Shown: positions 7,937 to 16,287, numbered from the stretch's first letter. The stretch: DNA of 29,397 nucleotides from Candidatus Bathyarchaeia archaeon (GCA_038826985.1 JAWBNY010000001.1:1-29397); one strand, 5' to 3'. Notes: generated from the letters alone by a model not told the origin. A program made the numbers and translations.

Positions 7937-8137
7937 TTATGGAGGTGGACAGATCTGATCAAGCTTACCGCCACAATATCTATAGGTGATGTCGCATTTT
8001 TCACAGTAATGTATACAGCAGGTACGGCAGTCTCCATGTATAATCTCCATACCTTGACCACACTTTGGACACTTAAGCCGGACTGATGGGTGAGGTCGAG
8101 TAGTCGAACGAGCACTCATCTCCATTGCCCCATACAT
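7937..8137 (-). CDS. Small Cys-rich zinc-ribbon protein (60-66 aa, 9 Cys); start may be 8137, 8125 or 8119
   Basis: CPKC-x3-M...CRTCC-IHY-CEKC...C...C. The outer CPKC/CEKC pair resembles a TFIIB-type zinc ribbon. Co-oriented, 26 nt upstream of paralog B, with a TTTTATAC box at 8164-8157. Confidence 0.7.
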   Translation of the reverse strand: MYGAMEMSARSTTRPHPSVRLKCPKCGQGMEIIHGDCRTCCIHYCEKCDITYRYCGGKLDQICPPP

Positions 8138-8355
8138 TTCATAGCTGCAAAGGGTAGTATAAAAACAGGATTAATAGTATGTATGTACTCAATTGCTAAA
8201 TATTGTTGGAATGCATTGTAATATATATCACTATATATTGAGGGTTTCGCGGAATCGTCATCTCGTAGGGAGGCATAATATAGTGCAATCTATAGCTTGG
8301 ATGTTTAATTATACGACTTGAATTAACGCTATATCTTTAGAAAAAGGTTTATTAG

Positions 8356-8772
8356 AACTCAACCTCACATGAACAGATAAGGCTTTTACCTCGACAGAGT
8401 GGTAAATGTGTTGAAGGTCACAACAAACAATTTACAACCATTTTAGTAGCTATCCTAATCACCACACTGCCCTACGCGCTTAACTACCATGTCACGCTAG
8501 ACCCATTGAATGGTTGGAAACCGGCTGGAGCCGTTGTTGCCGGCTCAACAGTAGTAATAATAAGTACAATACTCTTCAAAGAATATGCAGTAGCAGGTTA
8601 TATATGCACATTTGCAGGAATAAGCTCAACAACGGTTATTCCATCCATCCTTCATGTATCGGTTTTTGGATCAATAGCTGGTATATTCACGTTACCAATG
8701 GCGAAGCTATTCGTTGGGTACAGTGGCAAAGCAGGTACAACATGTTTCTGCACAATGGATGTTGTTGCTTAA
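8356..8772 (+). pseudogene. Possible decayed or start-less secreted/membrane protein gene (138 stop-free codons; ORF track shows only 8506..8772)
   Basis: Frame open from 8356 to TAA 8772 with a signal-peptide-like stretch (KQFTTILVAILITTLPYA) but no in-frame ATG/GTG/TTG before it. BRE/TATA-like GAAAAAGGTTTATTA at 8340-8354 and an 8-bp hairpin just after the stop. Confidence 0.3.
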
Positions 8773-8782
8773 GTGCAGGTTC

Positions 8783-8810
8783 CCTAAGCTAGAAGTAGTT
8801 GAAGCTTAGG
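8783..8810 (+). terminator. Perfect 8-bp inverted repeat, possible 3' hairpin
   Basis: CCTAAGCT (8783-8790), 12-nt spacer, AGCTTAGG (8803-8810), 10 nt after the stop at 8772. Confidence 0.3.
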
Positions 8811-9163
8811 TTGAGTAGGCTAAATTAGACATATGTTAGTGCGCGCCGGCTATAAGAATTGAGAGAGCTAAAGTCTTCTCAAAGATAGAAAATATTTGGA
8901 GGTAGACCTCTATACCAATAGAGATGAATTCTGCAAATATGTCATAAACGATCATATAAGAATAAGGTATAGAACAAGCTTCCAACATGTCTTGTTCCCA
9001 AAGTTATAAGCATATAAGTAACAAGAAAAGAACAATCGAATCTTAGATTCAGGGATCTCAGCTAAGCCGAAACTTACCTATATTATGATAGTTAATGGGT
9101 TCCCAATCCATAACAATTGATTTGTATCCGCCGCTTTGAGTAGAAGCTTAGGAACTATAAAAA

Positions 9164-9817
9164 CTAAGGGTTTACACCAGTTATTCGGCGTACTGTCTTC
9201 CATGAACTCCGAACGAAATTTGGCATCGAGCCACGTTGAGCATTCCATTGCTCAAGAAAACATACTGTACGTCGGTCTGAAGGGTAGCCACTTCCGAGGT
9301 CGCCAAATACCTGTCTCAATCTTTCTACTGCTAGATCCCGAGTTACTTTGGCCACAACCGACGCTGCTCCTACGATAGGATAGTTCTTGTCGGAGAAGTG
9401 TTCTGAAATAATCTTTACCTTTAATGGAAGCAGCCCTTGAATCTGCTGTCCAAACCTTAAGGGGACAACATCGGAGGCATCCACATAGACAATATCTGGC
9501 TTCAATTTCCTGATCACTTCAGCCATATGCAACGCTTCAAGCCAGTTTAGCTTCCTTAGTCTTTGCTTACTCAGTACGTAGTGATCGATTTCATGCGGGT
9601 TAACCAGCACTATTTCATAGCCGCTAGCCATACCCAGAATCTTTGGAAAGAGCGCTTTGCGTCTAGAATAGGTAAGAACCTTGGAATCTTTGACTCCAAT
9701 TTCAGTTAACTTAGGAAGATCTGCCTCATCGAACATAACACCTGCAACCACGAGCGGCCCTATGACAGAGCCGCGGCCAGCCTCGTCAACACCAGCGATA
9801 AAGGTCATTGTTATCAA
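9164..9817 (-). CDS. rnhB: Ribonuclease HII (start TTG 9817 or ATG 9808)
   Basis: IAGVDEAGRGSVIGPLVVAG, GVKDSK, VYVDA, SDKNYPIVGAASVVAKVTRD, GDLGSGYPSD, RSSWKT. Confidence 0.96.
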   Translation of the reverse strand: MITMTFIAGVDEAGRGSVIGPLVVAGVMFDEADLPKLTEIGVKDSKVLTYSRRKALFPKILGMASGYEIVLVNPHEIDHYVLSKQRLRKLNWLEALHMAEVIRKLKPDIVYVDASDVVPLRFGQQIQGLLPLKVKIISEHFSDKNYPIVGAASVVAKVTRDLAVERLRQVFGDLGSGYPSDRRTVCFLEQWNAQRGSMPNFVRSSWKTVRRITGVNP

Positions 9818-10110
9818 TGTTCAAGCTTTCTCCGATATATACTTGAACGAGTGAAAATTATGTTAACAACATGGATTACGACGAAGATAAAACCAATATG
9901 TGCCAGAACATACCAAAGTAGTTAAAATGCTAATATCAAATGAAGAGCAAGAAAGCATGACGGAAGACTAACGAGAGCTGGAACCACCCGCTAGAAAAGC
10001 GGTAGCAGCATCCAAGAGCAAGCCATTAAATAAATCGAAGATTTCCACCGCCCTAGACATAGGCGGAATATTCCTCCTGAAAAAGGAAACTAACCAGTGG
10101 TATAAGAAGA

Positions 10111-11349
10111 GTGGAGGGTAAGACCTTGGGCTTCCCATTCCCAACCGAAACGATCAAGGAAGGTCAAGCAGACCTCATCATACCTAGGCTACAACTCTAT
10201 TCTAAAAGTGGCTCGGAGTATATCCCTCACCTAGCTCCAGTATTCTACAACCCTCGGATGCGACTCAACAGAGACATCGCAGTGATAGTTCTCCAAACAT
10301 ATCAGAAGAAGATTGGCAGACCAGTGCGGGTCTCAGACCCATTCTCTGGTTGCGGTGTACGCGGTATACGATTCGCATTAGAGGTTAATGGAATAGCTGA
10401 AGTAGAGACCAATGACATAAGCAGCCATGCAGCGGAGCTGACAAAAGCAAATGTCATAAGGAATCATGTAGAAGAGAAGGTCAAAGTCTCAAACCTCGAC
10501 TGCAACCTCTTCTTGACGATTAATGTTTCCAGTAGGAGTCATTTCGACGCAATTGACTTAGACCCTTTTGGGTCTCCCTCATATTTCATGGATCCTGCAG
10601 TAAGAGCGGTTGCTAACCATGGAATTCTCGCAGTAACAGCAACGGACACACCTCCACTTTGTGGAGTCAAGCCCGATGCGTGTCTGCGAAAATACTTTGG
10701 AAGACCTCTACGTTCAGAGTACTGCCATGAGGTTGCGCTTCGCCTCATCATTAGTGCGCTTGCTTTAACTGCAGCAAGATACAATCTGGGGTTGAAAGTA
10801 CTCTTAAGTTACAGCGTTGACCATTACTTTCGGGTGCATGCACAAATAGACAAAGGCGCAAAACATGCAAATGCAGCCATCAGAAACCTAGGATATATCC
10901 TGCATTGCTTTCGATGTCTCAACCGAACTTGGGTTCTAGACAGAGTCCAGGGATATAACCCCTATTGCCCTAGATGTGGAACGAGGATGCAGGCAGGAGG
11001 GCCTCTGTGGCTCAGTCACCTTGTTGATAAAGAGTTCTGCCTAAACATGATAGCAGAAGCTGGGAAGACCGATACCATATTAGACCGAGCCAAGAAGCTG
11101 CTTATGGTGCTTATAGAAGAAGCAGAGGCAGAACCGACATATTATGTATTAGACAAAGTATGTGACAGACTGAATCTGCCAGTTCCACCTATAGGCACAG
11201 TAGTTAACCAGCTCAGAGACCGGGGTTTCTCAGCAACAAGAACACATTTTGGAAATACAGCCTTAAAGACCAATGCATCAATTGCCGAACTGGAAGAAAC
11301 AATCCAAAAGGTAAAAGAGGCTGACAAAAAACATAGCCAAGTATCCTGA
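10111..11349 (+). CDS. trm1: tRNA (guanine26-N2)-dimethyltransferase Trm1
   Basis: PVFYNPRMRLNRD, DPFSGCGVRGIRF, NDIS, DAIDLDPFGSP, VTATDT.PLCG, HEVALR, zinc-binding CFRC...CPRC, GGPLW, RTHF..TALKTNA. Confidence 0.95.
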   Translation: MEGKTLGFPFPTETIKEGQADLIIPRLQLYSKSGSEYIPHLAPVFYNPRMRLNRDIAVIVLQTYQKKIGRPVRVSDPFSGCGVRGIRFALEVNGIAEVETNDISSHAAELTKANVIRNHVEEKVKVSNLDCNLFLTINVSSRSHFDAIDLDPFGSPSYFMDPAVRAVANHGILAVTATDTPPLCGVKPDACLRKYFGRPLRSEYCHEVALRLIISALALTAARYNLGLKVLLSYSVDHYFRVHAQIDKGAKHANAAIRNLGYILHCFRCLNRTWVLDRVQGYNPYCPRCGTRMQAGGPLWLSHLVDKEFCLNMIAEAGKTDTILDRAKKLLMVLIEEAEAEPTYYVLDKVCDRLNLPVPPIGTVVNQLRDRGFSATRTHFGNTALKTNASIAELEETIQKVKEADKKHSQVS

Positions 11350-11368
11350 GTACTTAATGCTAACCATG

Positions 11369-11974
11369 TCAACTTCTGAACTTTAACGCAAGTAGGTACA
11401 TCTCAGCACTCTCCTTTCTGCTTGCCTTAGGTTTGACAACGTGCACGTATTCGAACTTGACCCTAACCTCTCTGAGATATGCCCTGAAGAACTCACCTTG
11501 AAAGACTTTGACCAACATATTTCCCCCTTTAACCAGCATTCTATCTGCAAGCCCAAGAGCTGCCCTAGCCAAATTAATCTGTCTTGCATGATCCAGCGAC
11601 CAGAATCCGGATAGGTTAGGTGAAGCATCGCTCAAGACAACATTAGGCCTTCTAGGTAGCAACTTCAGAAGGTCTTCAGCCGAGAGCTTCTCGACATCAG
11701 CTAAGAGGGTTAGTGCATTAGGAGCCATAAGGTCAGCTATCGGCTGAAGGTCAACTCCTAAAACGAAACCTTTCTTCCCAACCATGGATAGAGCCACTTG
11801 CATCCAGCCACCTGGTGAGGCGCCTATGTCGACCACAACATCTCCATACCTGATCAAAGGATACTTACCCGCAATTTGCAGGAGCTTATACGCTGCACGG
11901 CTCCTATATCCCTCCTCAACAGCTAGTCGATGGAAATAGTCTCTACGACGTTCACGAAGCCATTGTCTCGTCAA
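11369..11974 (-). CDS. rlmE: 23S rRNA (uridine-2'-O)-methyltransferase RlmE/FtsJ
   Basis: GYRSRAAYKL, VDIGASPGGW, GVDLQPI, VLSDASPNLSG, VKVFQG, KPKASRKESAEMY (K-D-K-E tetrad). AGGTGA SD before the TTG. Confidence 0.96.
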   Translation of the reverse strand: MTRQWLRERRRDYFHRLAVEEGYRSRAAYKLLQIAGKYPLIRYGDVVVDIGASPGGWMQVALSMVGKKGFVLGVDLQPIADLMAPNALTLLADVEKLSAEDLLKLLPRRPNVVLSDASPNLSGFWSLDHARQINLARAALGLADRMLVKGGNMLVKVFQGEFFRAYLREVRVKFEYVHVVKPKASRKESAEMYLLALKFRS

Positions 11975-12408
11975 TACTCTTCATCACCTTTCTCAAACTC
12001 TTTATACCATGGCTAACCTCGTAACCGAGAGCTTAGATACTGGTTGTCAACCGATAAGCCTATTAAGCATATTTCACCTAGAATGGAAAATCCACGATAG
12101 AGATAAACATATATTTTGCCAATAATGTCAATGTCTGCAACACACCTGCTAGAGGCTTCGAGGCAAATAGCGATGTAACATCGCAATCAACTTAGACGAG
12201 GTCAAGCATTAACCAAGGATATTACAGTTGACGTAAATAAGGAGGAACATGAATCCAAGAGTCTTCGATACCGCCTTATGTATAAGACAAGAGAGGAGTT
12301 CTACCACGTTTGAATAAGTAATAGACAACAAATAAGCAGGTAAGTGATGTTTAAAGTTGAGTACGAAAGATTTGTAAAGTGTCTTCTCGGAATGGAAGGA
12401 GAGTTTGA

Positions 12409-13401
12409 ATGGGTCGTAGAAGGATAAATGCTCCAAGACGCGGCTCACTTGCCTACCTACCAAGAGGTAGAGCCGCAAGCTGGGTTGCAAGAATTAGAAA
12501 CTGGCCAGAAACAAGCTTAGATAAACCTAGTCTTCTGGGTTTCCCAGGCTACAAGGTAGGAATGAGTTATATGTATCTCCTAGGTAGCACTCGAGGAAAC
12601 CCCACCTTTGGTCAAGAGATTCACAACCCTATTACTGTTGTCGAGACCCCGCCGATAATAGTTATTGGTTATAGAGGTTACGCACAGACATATTCGGGCC
12701 TTCAACCATCTATTGAGGTTTGGTCAAAGAAACTACCGAAAGAACTAGAAAGAACTATTACTATCCCGAAGAAAGAGGCCGAGTCCTCTCCTTATCCTAG
12801 TACGTTGAAAGAGGTCCGTGTCATCGTCGCAACCCAGCCTAGTAAGACAGGCACAGGTCGAAAGAAGCCTGAGATACTGGAAGTAAAGGTTGACGGAGGA
12901 ACTGTAAAAGATAGGTTGGAATATGCTAAAAGCTTACTTGGCAGAGAGATAGACGTAACCCAGGTGTTTACAGAAGGCCAATACGTAGATGTAGCAGGGA
13001 TAACCAAGGGAAAGGGAATACAGGGTCCTGTAAAACGCTTTGGAGTAAAGACAAAACAGCACAAATCTCGGAAGACGGTGAGAGGGGTTGGTACTCTCGG
13101 CCCATGGACGCCACACTATGTTATGTATACGGTACCAAGAGCAGGACAAACAGGTTTTCACCAAAGAACGGAGTATAATAAACTCATTCTGAAGATTGGC
13201 ACAGACAGTAAAGTCATAAATCCAAAAGGCGGATTCCAACACTACGGAATTGTCAGAACTCAATATGTTGCAGTTAAGGGAAGTTTGCCTGGCCCCTCAA
13301 AGAGAACGGTAATGCTTAGGTATGCGATGCGTCCCCCTGTACATAAACAAGCTACACTTCAGATAACATTCAGTGGGCTAGGGAACACTATGGCTGCATA
13401 G
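12409..13401 (+). CDS. rpl3: 50S ribosomal protein uL3
   Basis: MGRR..APRRGSLAYLPRGRA, GYKVGM, DVAGITKGKGIQGPVKRFG, PRAGQTGFHQRTEYNK. GAAGGAGA SD. Confidence 0.98.
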   Translation: MGRRRINAPRRGSLAYLPRGRAASWVARIRNWPETSLDKPSLLGFPGYKVGMSYMYLLGSTRGNPTFGQEIHNPITVVETPPIIVIGYRGYAQTYSGLQPSIEVWSKKLPKELERTITIPKKEAESSPYPSTLKEVRVIVATQPSKTGTGRKKPEILEVKVDGGTVKDRLEYAKSLLGREIDVTQVFTEGQYVDVAGITKGKGIQGPVKRFGVKTKQHKSRKTVRGVGTLGPWTPHYVMYTVPRAGQTGFHQRTEYNKLILKIGTDSKVINPKGGFQHYGIVRTQYVAVKGSLPGPSKRTVMLRYAMRPPVHKQATLQITFSGLGNTMAA

Positions 13402-13413
13402 AGGTGAACGCTG

Positions 13414-14193
13414 ATGAGTGTTACCATATATGACCTCGAAGGTAAACCGCAATCAAACATCGACTTGCCAGAGGTCTTCAAGACTCCTTTTAGGCCAGAT
13501 ATAATACGCAAATCAGTGCTATTCCAGCAAAGTCATAGAAGACAGACGCAGGGAAGAGACCCAATGGCTGGAAAACGTACAAGCGCCAGAAGTATGGGGA
13601 CAGGACATGGTCTATCAAGAGTCCCGAGGGTTAAGGGGAGTCGGTATCCACGAGCCCAACAAGCAGCCTTTGCTCCAAGTGCTGTCGGTGGCCGTGCAAC
13701 TCACCCACCAAAGGCGGAGAAAAGGATATACAAACGAATCAATGAAAAGGAACGTGAGCTCGCTCTTTGCTCAGCTATAGCAGCGACCGCTGACAAACAG
13801 ATCGTTGCATCTAGAGGACATGTAGTGGAGAAAGTTCCACAGCTTCCGCTTGTAGTGGTTGACGCAATAGAAGGGTTGACCAAAACAACCGACGTCAAAA
13901 ACGTCTTCGAGAAACTGGGGCTGATGGAAGACGTGAAGAGAGTCTTAAGAAGTTGGAAAGCGAGGTCAGGTAAGGCTGCTTTGAGAGGAAGGCCCAGTAA
14001 ACATGGTGTAGGTCCGCTTTTGGTTGTTTCGAAGGATCAAGGGGTTGGTAGAGCAGCCAGAAACCTATTAGGGGTAGACGTTGTAGAGCTTAAGAGCTTG
14101 AACACGGAGCTTCTAGCGCCGGGAACTCACCCTGGAAGGCTGACCGTGTGGGCCTCGTCTGCGATTCAAGAAATGCATGAACTCATCTGTTGA
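13414..14193 (+). CDS. rpl4: 50S ribosomal protein uL4
   Basis: FKTPFRPDII, QGRDPMAGKRTSA, GTGHG.SRVPR, VGGRATHPPK, LAPGTHPGRLT. GAGGTGA SD. Confidence 0.98.
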   Translation: MSVTIYDLEGKPQSNIDLPEVFKTPFRPDIIRKSVLFQQSHRRQTQGRDPMAGKRTSARSMGTGHGLSRVPRVKGSRYPRAQQAAFAPSAVGGRATHPPKAEKRIYKRINEKERELALCSAIAATADKQIVASRGHVVEKVPQLPLVVVDAIEGLTKTTDVKNVFEKLGLMEDVKRVLRSWKARSGKAALRGRPSKHGVGPLLVVSKDQGVGRAARNLLGVDVVELKSLNTELLAPGTHPGRLTVWASSAIQEMHELIC

Positions 14194-14199
14194 TGTAAA

Positions 14200-14460
14200 A
14201 TGTCTAGCCAAAACGTTATCTTATATCCGGTAATGACGGAAGACGCCGTGAGTCTAATTGAAAGAGAGAACAAGCTTACTTTCATTGTAGAATTGAAGGC
14301 AAGCAAGAAAATGATCAAGAAGGCCGCTGAGGAACTTTTCAATATCAAGGTTCAGCATGTGAACACAGTTGTCACCTCAAGAGGTTTGAAGAAGGCTTAT
14401 GTAAGACTTCTACCTGAATACAAAGCCTCAGAGGTAGCGATACGCTTAGGAATCCTATAG
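14200..14460 (+). CDS. rpl23: 50S ribosomal protein uL23
   Basis: YPVMTEDA...[26 protein letters not shown]. Confidence 0.97.
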   Translation: MSSQNVILYPVMTEDAVSLIERENKLTFIVELKASKKMIKKAAEELFNIKVQHVNTVVTSRGLKKAYVRLLPEYKASEVAIRLGIL

Positions 14461-14473
14461 GGTGTGTCTAAGA

Positions 14474-15208
14474 GTGGGAAAGAAAACCCGGGTTCAAAGA
14501 CGCGGAAGAGGATCATCTACATTCAGAGCAAATACGCATAAGCGTATACACCCGGCAAAATATCTACCCTTACAACCATCAATGGGTAGCTCGATTAAAG
14601 GAATTCTTAGTGATTTGCGTCACGAACCCGGAAGAGGCACTCCGTTGGCAAGGATTGATTTCAAAGATGGTCAGTGCCTATACACTGTTGCCCCCGAAGG
14701 AGTTACTATCGGGCAGGAGGTTAAAGTAGGGGAAGTAGAGTCCCCAGACATCGGAGATATCGTACCATTAGGGAAGATAGCTCCGGGCTCACTTATATGC
14801 AATCTTGAACTGCACCCTGGAGACGGGGGTAGATTGGCTAGATCCTCTGGAACATATGCAACAGTTATTGCTCACAATGAAGGAAGAACCCAAGTGAAGC
14901 TTCCATCAGGAAGATTGATAGACCTTCCGGATAATTGCTTGGCAACGCTGGGTGTGGTTTCTGGAGGAGGTAGAACAGACAAGCCTTTCGCTAAAGCGGG
15001 TAAGAAGTGGATGTGGATGAAAGCTAAAGGAAGGGTTTACCCCATCACCAAAGGTGTAGCCATGAATGCGGCCTTCCATCCACATGGAGGCGGCTCGCAT
15101 AAATCGTCATCTCTTCGACCAACCACCGTAGGGAGGATGTCTCCTCCTGGTCAGAAGGTAGGGCTTATTGCTGCAAAACAGACTGGTCGACGTAAGCGAC
15201 GAACATAG
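14474..15208 (+). CDS. rpl2: 50S ribosomal protein uL2 (likely GTG start at 14474; ORF track starts at 14462)
   Basis: MGKK.RVQRRGRGSSTFRA, HEPGRGTPLA, DGGRLARSSG, GVAMNAAFHPHGGG, PPGQKVGLIAA. Confidence 0.98.
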   Translation: MGKKTRVQRRGRGSSTFRANTHKRIHPAKYLPLQPSMGSSIKGILSDLRHEPGRGTPLARIDFKDGQCLYTVAPEGVTIGQEVKVGEVESPDIGDIVPLGKIAPGSLICNLELHPGDGGRLARSSGTYATVIAHNEGRTQVKLPSGRLIDLPDNCLATLGVVSGGGRTDKPFAKAGKKWMWMKAKGRVYPITKGVAMNAAFHPHGGGSHKSSSLRPTTVGRMSPPGQKVGLIAAKQTGRRKRRT

Positions 15209-15257
15209 AGTGCGTCTACTATTTGGCTTATTCACTAGGCTTTTATCGAGGCAAGTA

Positions 15258-15271
15258 CAAAAATATTTTAA
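15258..15271 (+). promoter_or_regulatory. BRE/TATA-like promoter of radA
   Basis: CAAAAA-TATTTTAA about 25-30 nt before TTG 15294, which is leaderless-type spacing. Confidence 0.5.
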
Positions 15272-15293
15272 CTTATGTTAGCCGTGGAAACTA

Positions 15294-16247
15294 TTGTCTG
15301 AAAAAGTCAAGACTCTGGAAGATATTCCAGGTGTAGGTCCAGCCACCGCTCAAAAGCTTAAGGCAGCTGGATACTATACTATCGAGTCCATCGCTGTTGC
15401 AGCTGCCAGAGAACTAGCCAATGCATCTGGGCTAAGCATCGAGAAAGCTGCGGAGATATCTACTGCGGCTAGAGAGATGTTGAACATACGGTTCCAGTCA
15501 GCCGAAGAGTTGCTTCAACAACGTAAAAGTGTTACACGTCTTACAACAGGTAGCAAATCTCTTGATAGCTTGCTTGGGGGTGGAGTGGAGAGCCAAGCAA
15601 TCCTTGAACTCATCGGAGAGTTCGGGTCAGGGAAAACCCAGATTTGCCATACTCTATGCGCAACAGTTCAACTTCCAACTGAGCATGGAGGACTAGACGG
15701 CGGAGCCATTTATATTGACACTGAGGGTACTTTCAGACCTGAAAGACTTGCACAGATTGCTGAGGCGAAAGGTCTAAGACGTGAAGAGGCATTAAAGAGA
15801 GTAATAGTGGCTAGAGCATTCAACAGCGACCATCAGATCCTCATTGTTGAGAAACTTGACGACATTATCCCTGAGAAGAATATAAAGCTCGTTATAGTTG
15901 ATTCAGTTATCAGTCATTTCCGAGCCGAATATCTTGGGAGGGAGGCGCTTCCAGAGCGTCAGCAGTATCTTAACAATCATCTGCATCGCCTCCTTCGAAT
16001 GTCCGAGATCTATAATATCCCGGTTGTAGTTACAAATCAGGTTGTGGCAACGCCGGATGTGTTCTTCGGGCCCACAACAAGGCCAGCCGGAGGACACGTG
16101 ATCGCACATATGAGTACAAACCGTGTCTATCTGAGGAAGAGCAAGAAAGAGCTGCGGATAGCGCGGATCATAGATAGTCCTTACCTTGCTGAGGCGGAGT
16201 GCGTCTTTTCGATCACTGAACGCGGAGTCGAGGATGCCGAAGAATAG
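15294..16247 (+). CDS. radA: DNA repair and recombination protein RadA (full length, no intein)
   Basis: N-terminal Hh[13 protein letters not shown], FxxA oligomerisation motif (FQSA), Walker [22 protein letters not shown], Walker B IVDS, L1 [15 protein letters not shown]2 TNQV...[16 protein letters not shown]. Confidence 0.98.
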   Translation: MSEKVKTLEDIPGVGPATAQKLKAAGYYTIESIAVAAARELANASGLSIEKAAEISTAAREMLNIRFQSAEELLQQRKSVTRLTTGSKSLDSLLGGGVESQAILELIGEFGSGKTQICHTLCATVQLPTEHGGLDGGAIYIDTEGTFRPERLAQIAEAKGLRREEALKRVIVARAFNSDHQILIVEKLDDIIPEKNIKLVIVDSVISHFRAEYLGREALPERQQYLNNHLHRLLRMSEIYNIPVVVTNQVVATPDVFFGPTTRPAGGHVIAHMSTNRVYLRKSKKELRIARIIDSPYLAEAECVFSITERGVEDAEE

Positions 16248-16249
16248 GG

Positions 16250-16263
16250 ACAAACGTTAAATA
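16250..16263 (+). promoter_or_regulatory. BRE/TATA-like promoter of rps19
   Basis: ACAAACG-TTAAATA directly after the radA stop, about 30 nt before ATG 16288. Confidence 0.5.
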
Positions 16264-16287
16264 AAAAGGAGCCGAAGTTCTAGTTAT

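Noticed and set aside
8484-8768. Minus-strand frame with 'NVNIPAIDPKTDT', superficially like a YVTN beta-propeller repeat
   Set aside because: Two internal stops, no start, and it is the wobble-aligned shadow of the longer stop-free plus frame.
12179-12427. Short frames upstream of rpl3: a start-less 44-aa frame (12179-12313), a 22-aa ORF with AGGAGG (12249-12317) and a 26-aa ORF overlapping the rpl3 start (12347-12427)
   Set aside because: Too short, mutually overlapping, with no recognisable family. No similarity seen to the SPOUT methyltransferase often found upstream of rpl3.
15294-16247. Possible intein in RadA, or RadB/aRadC paralog identity
   Set aside because: 317 aa with no insertion after Walker A; the N-terminal HhH domain and FxxA motif mark it as true RadA.
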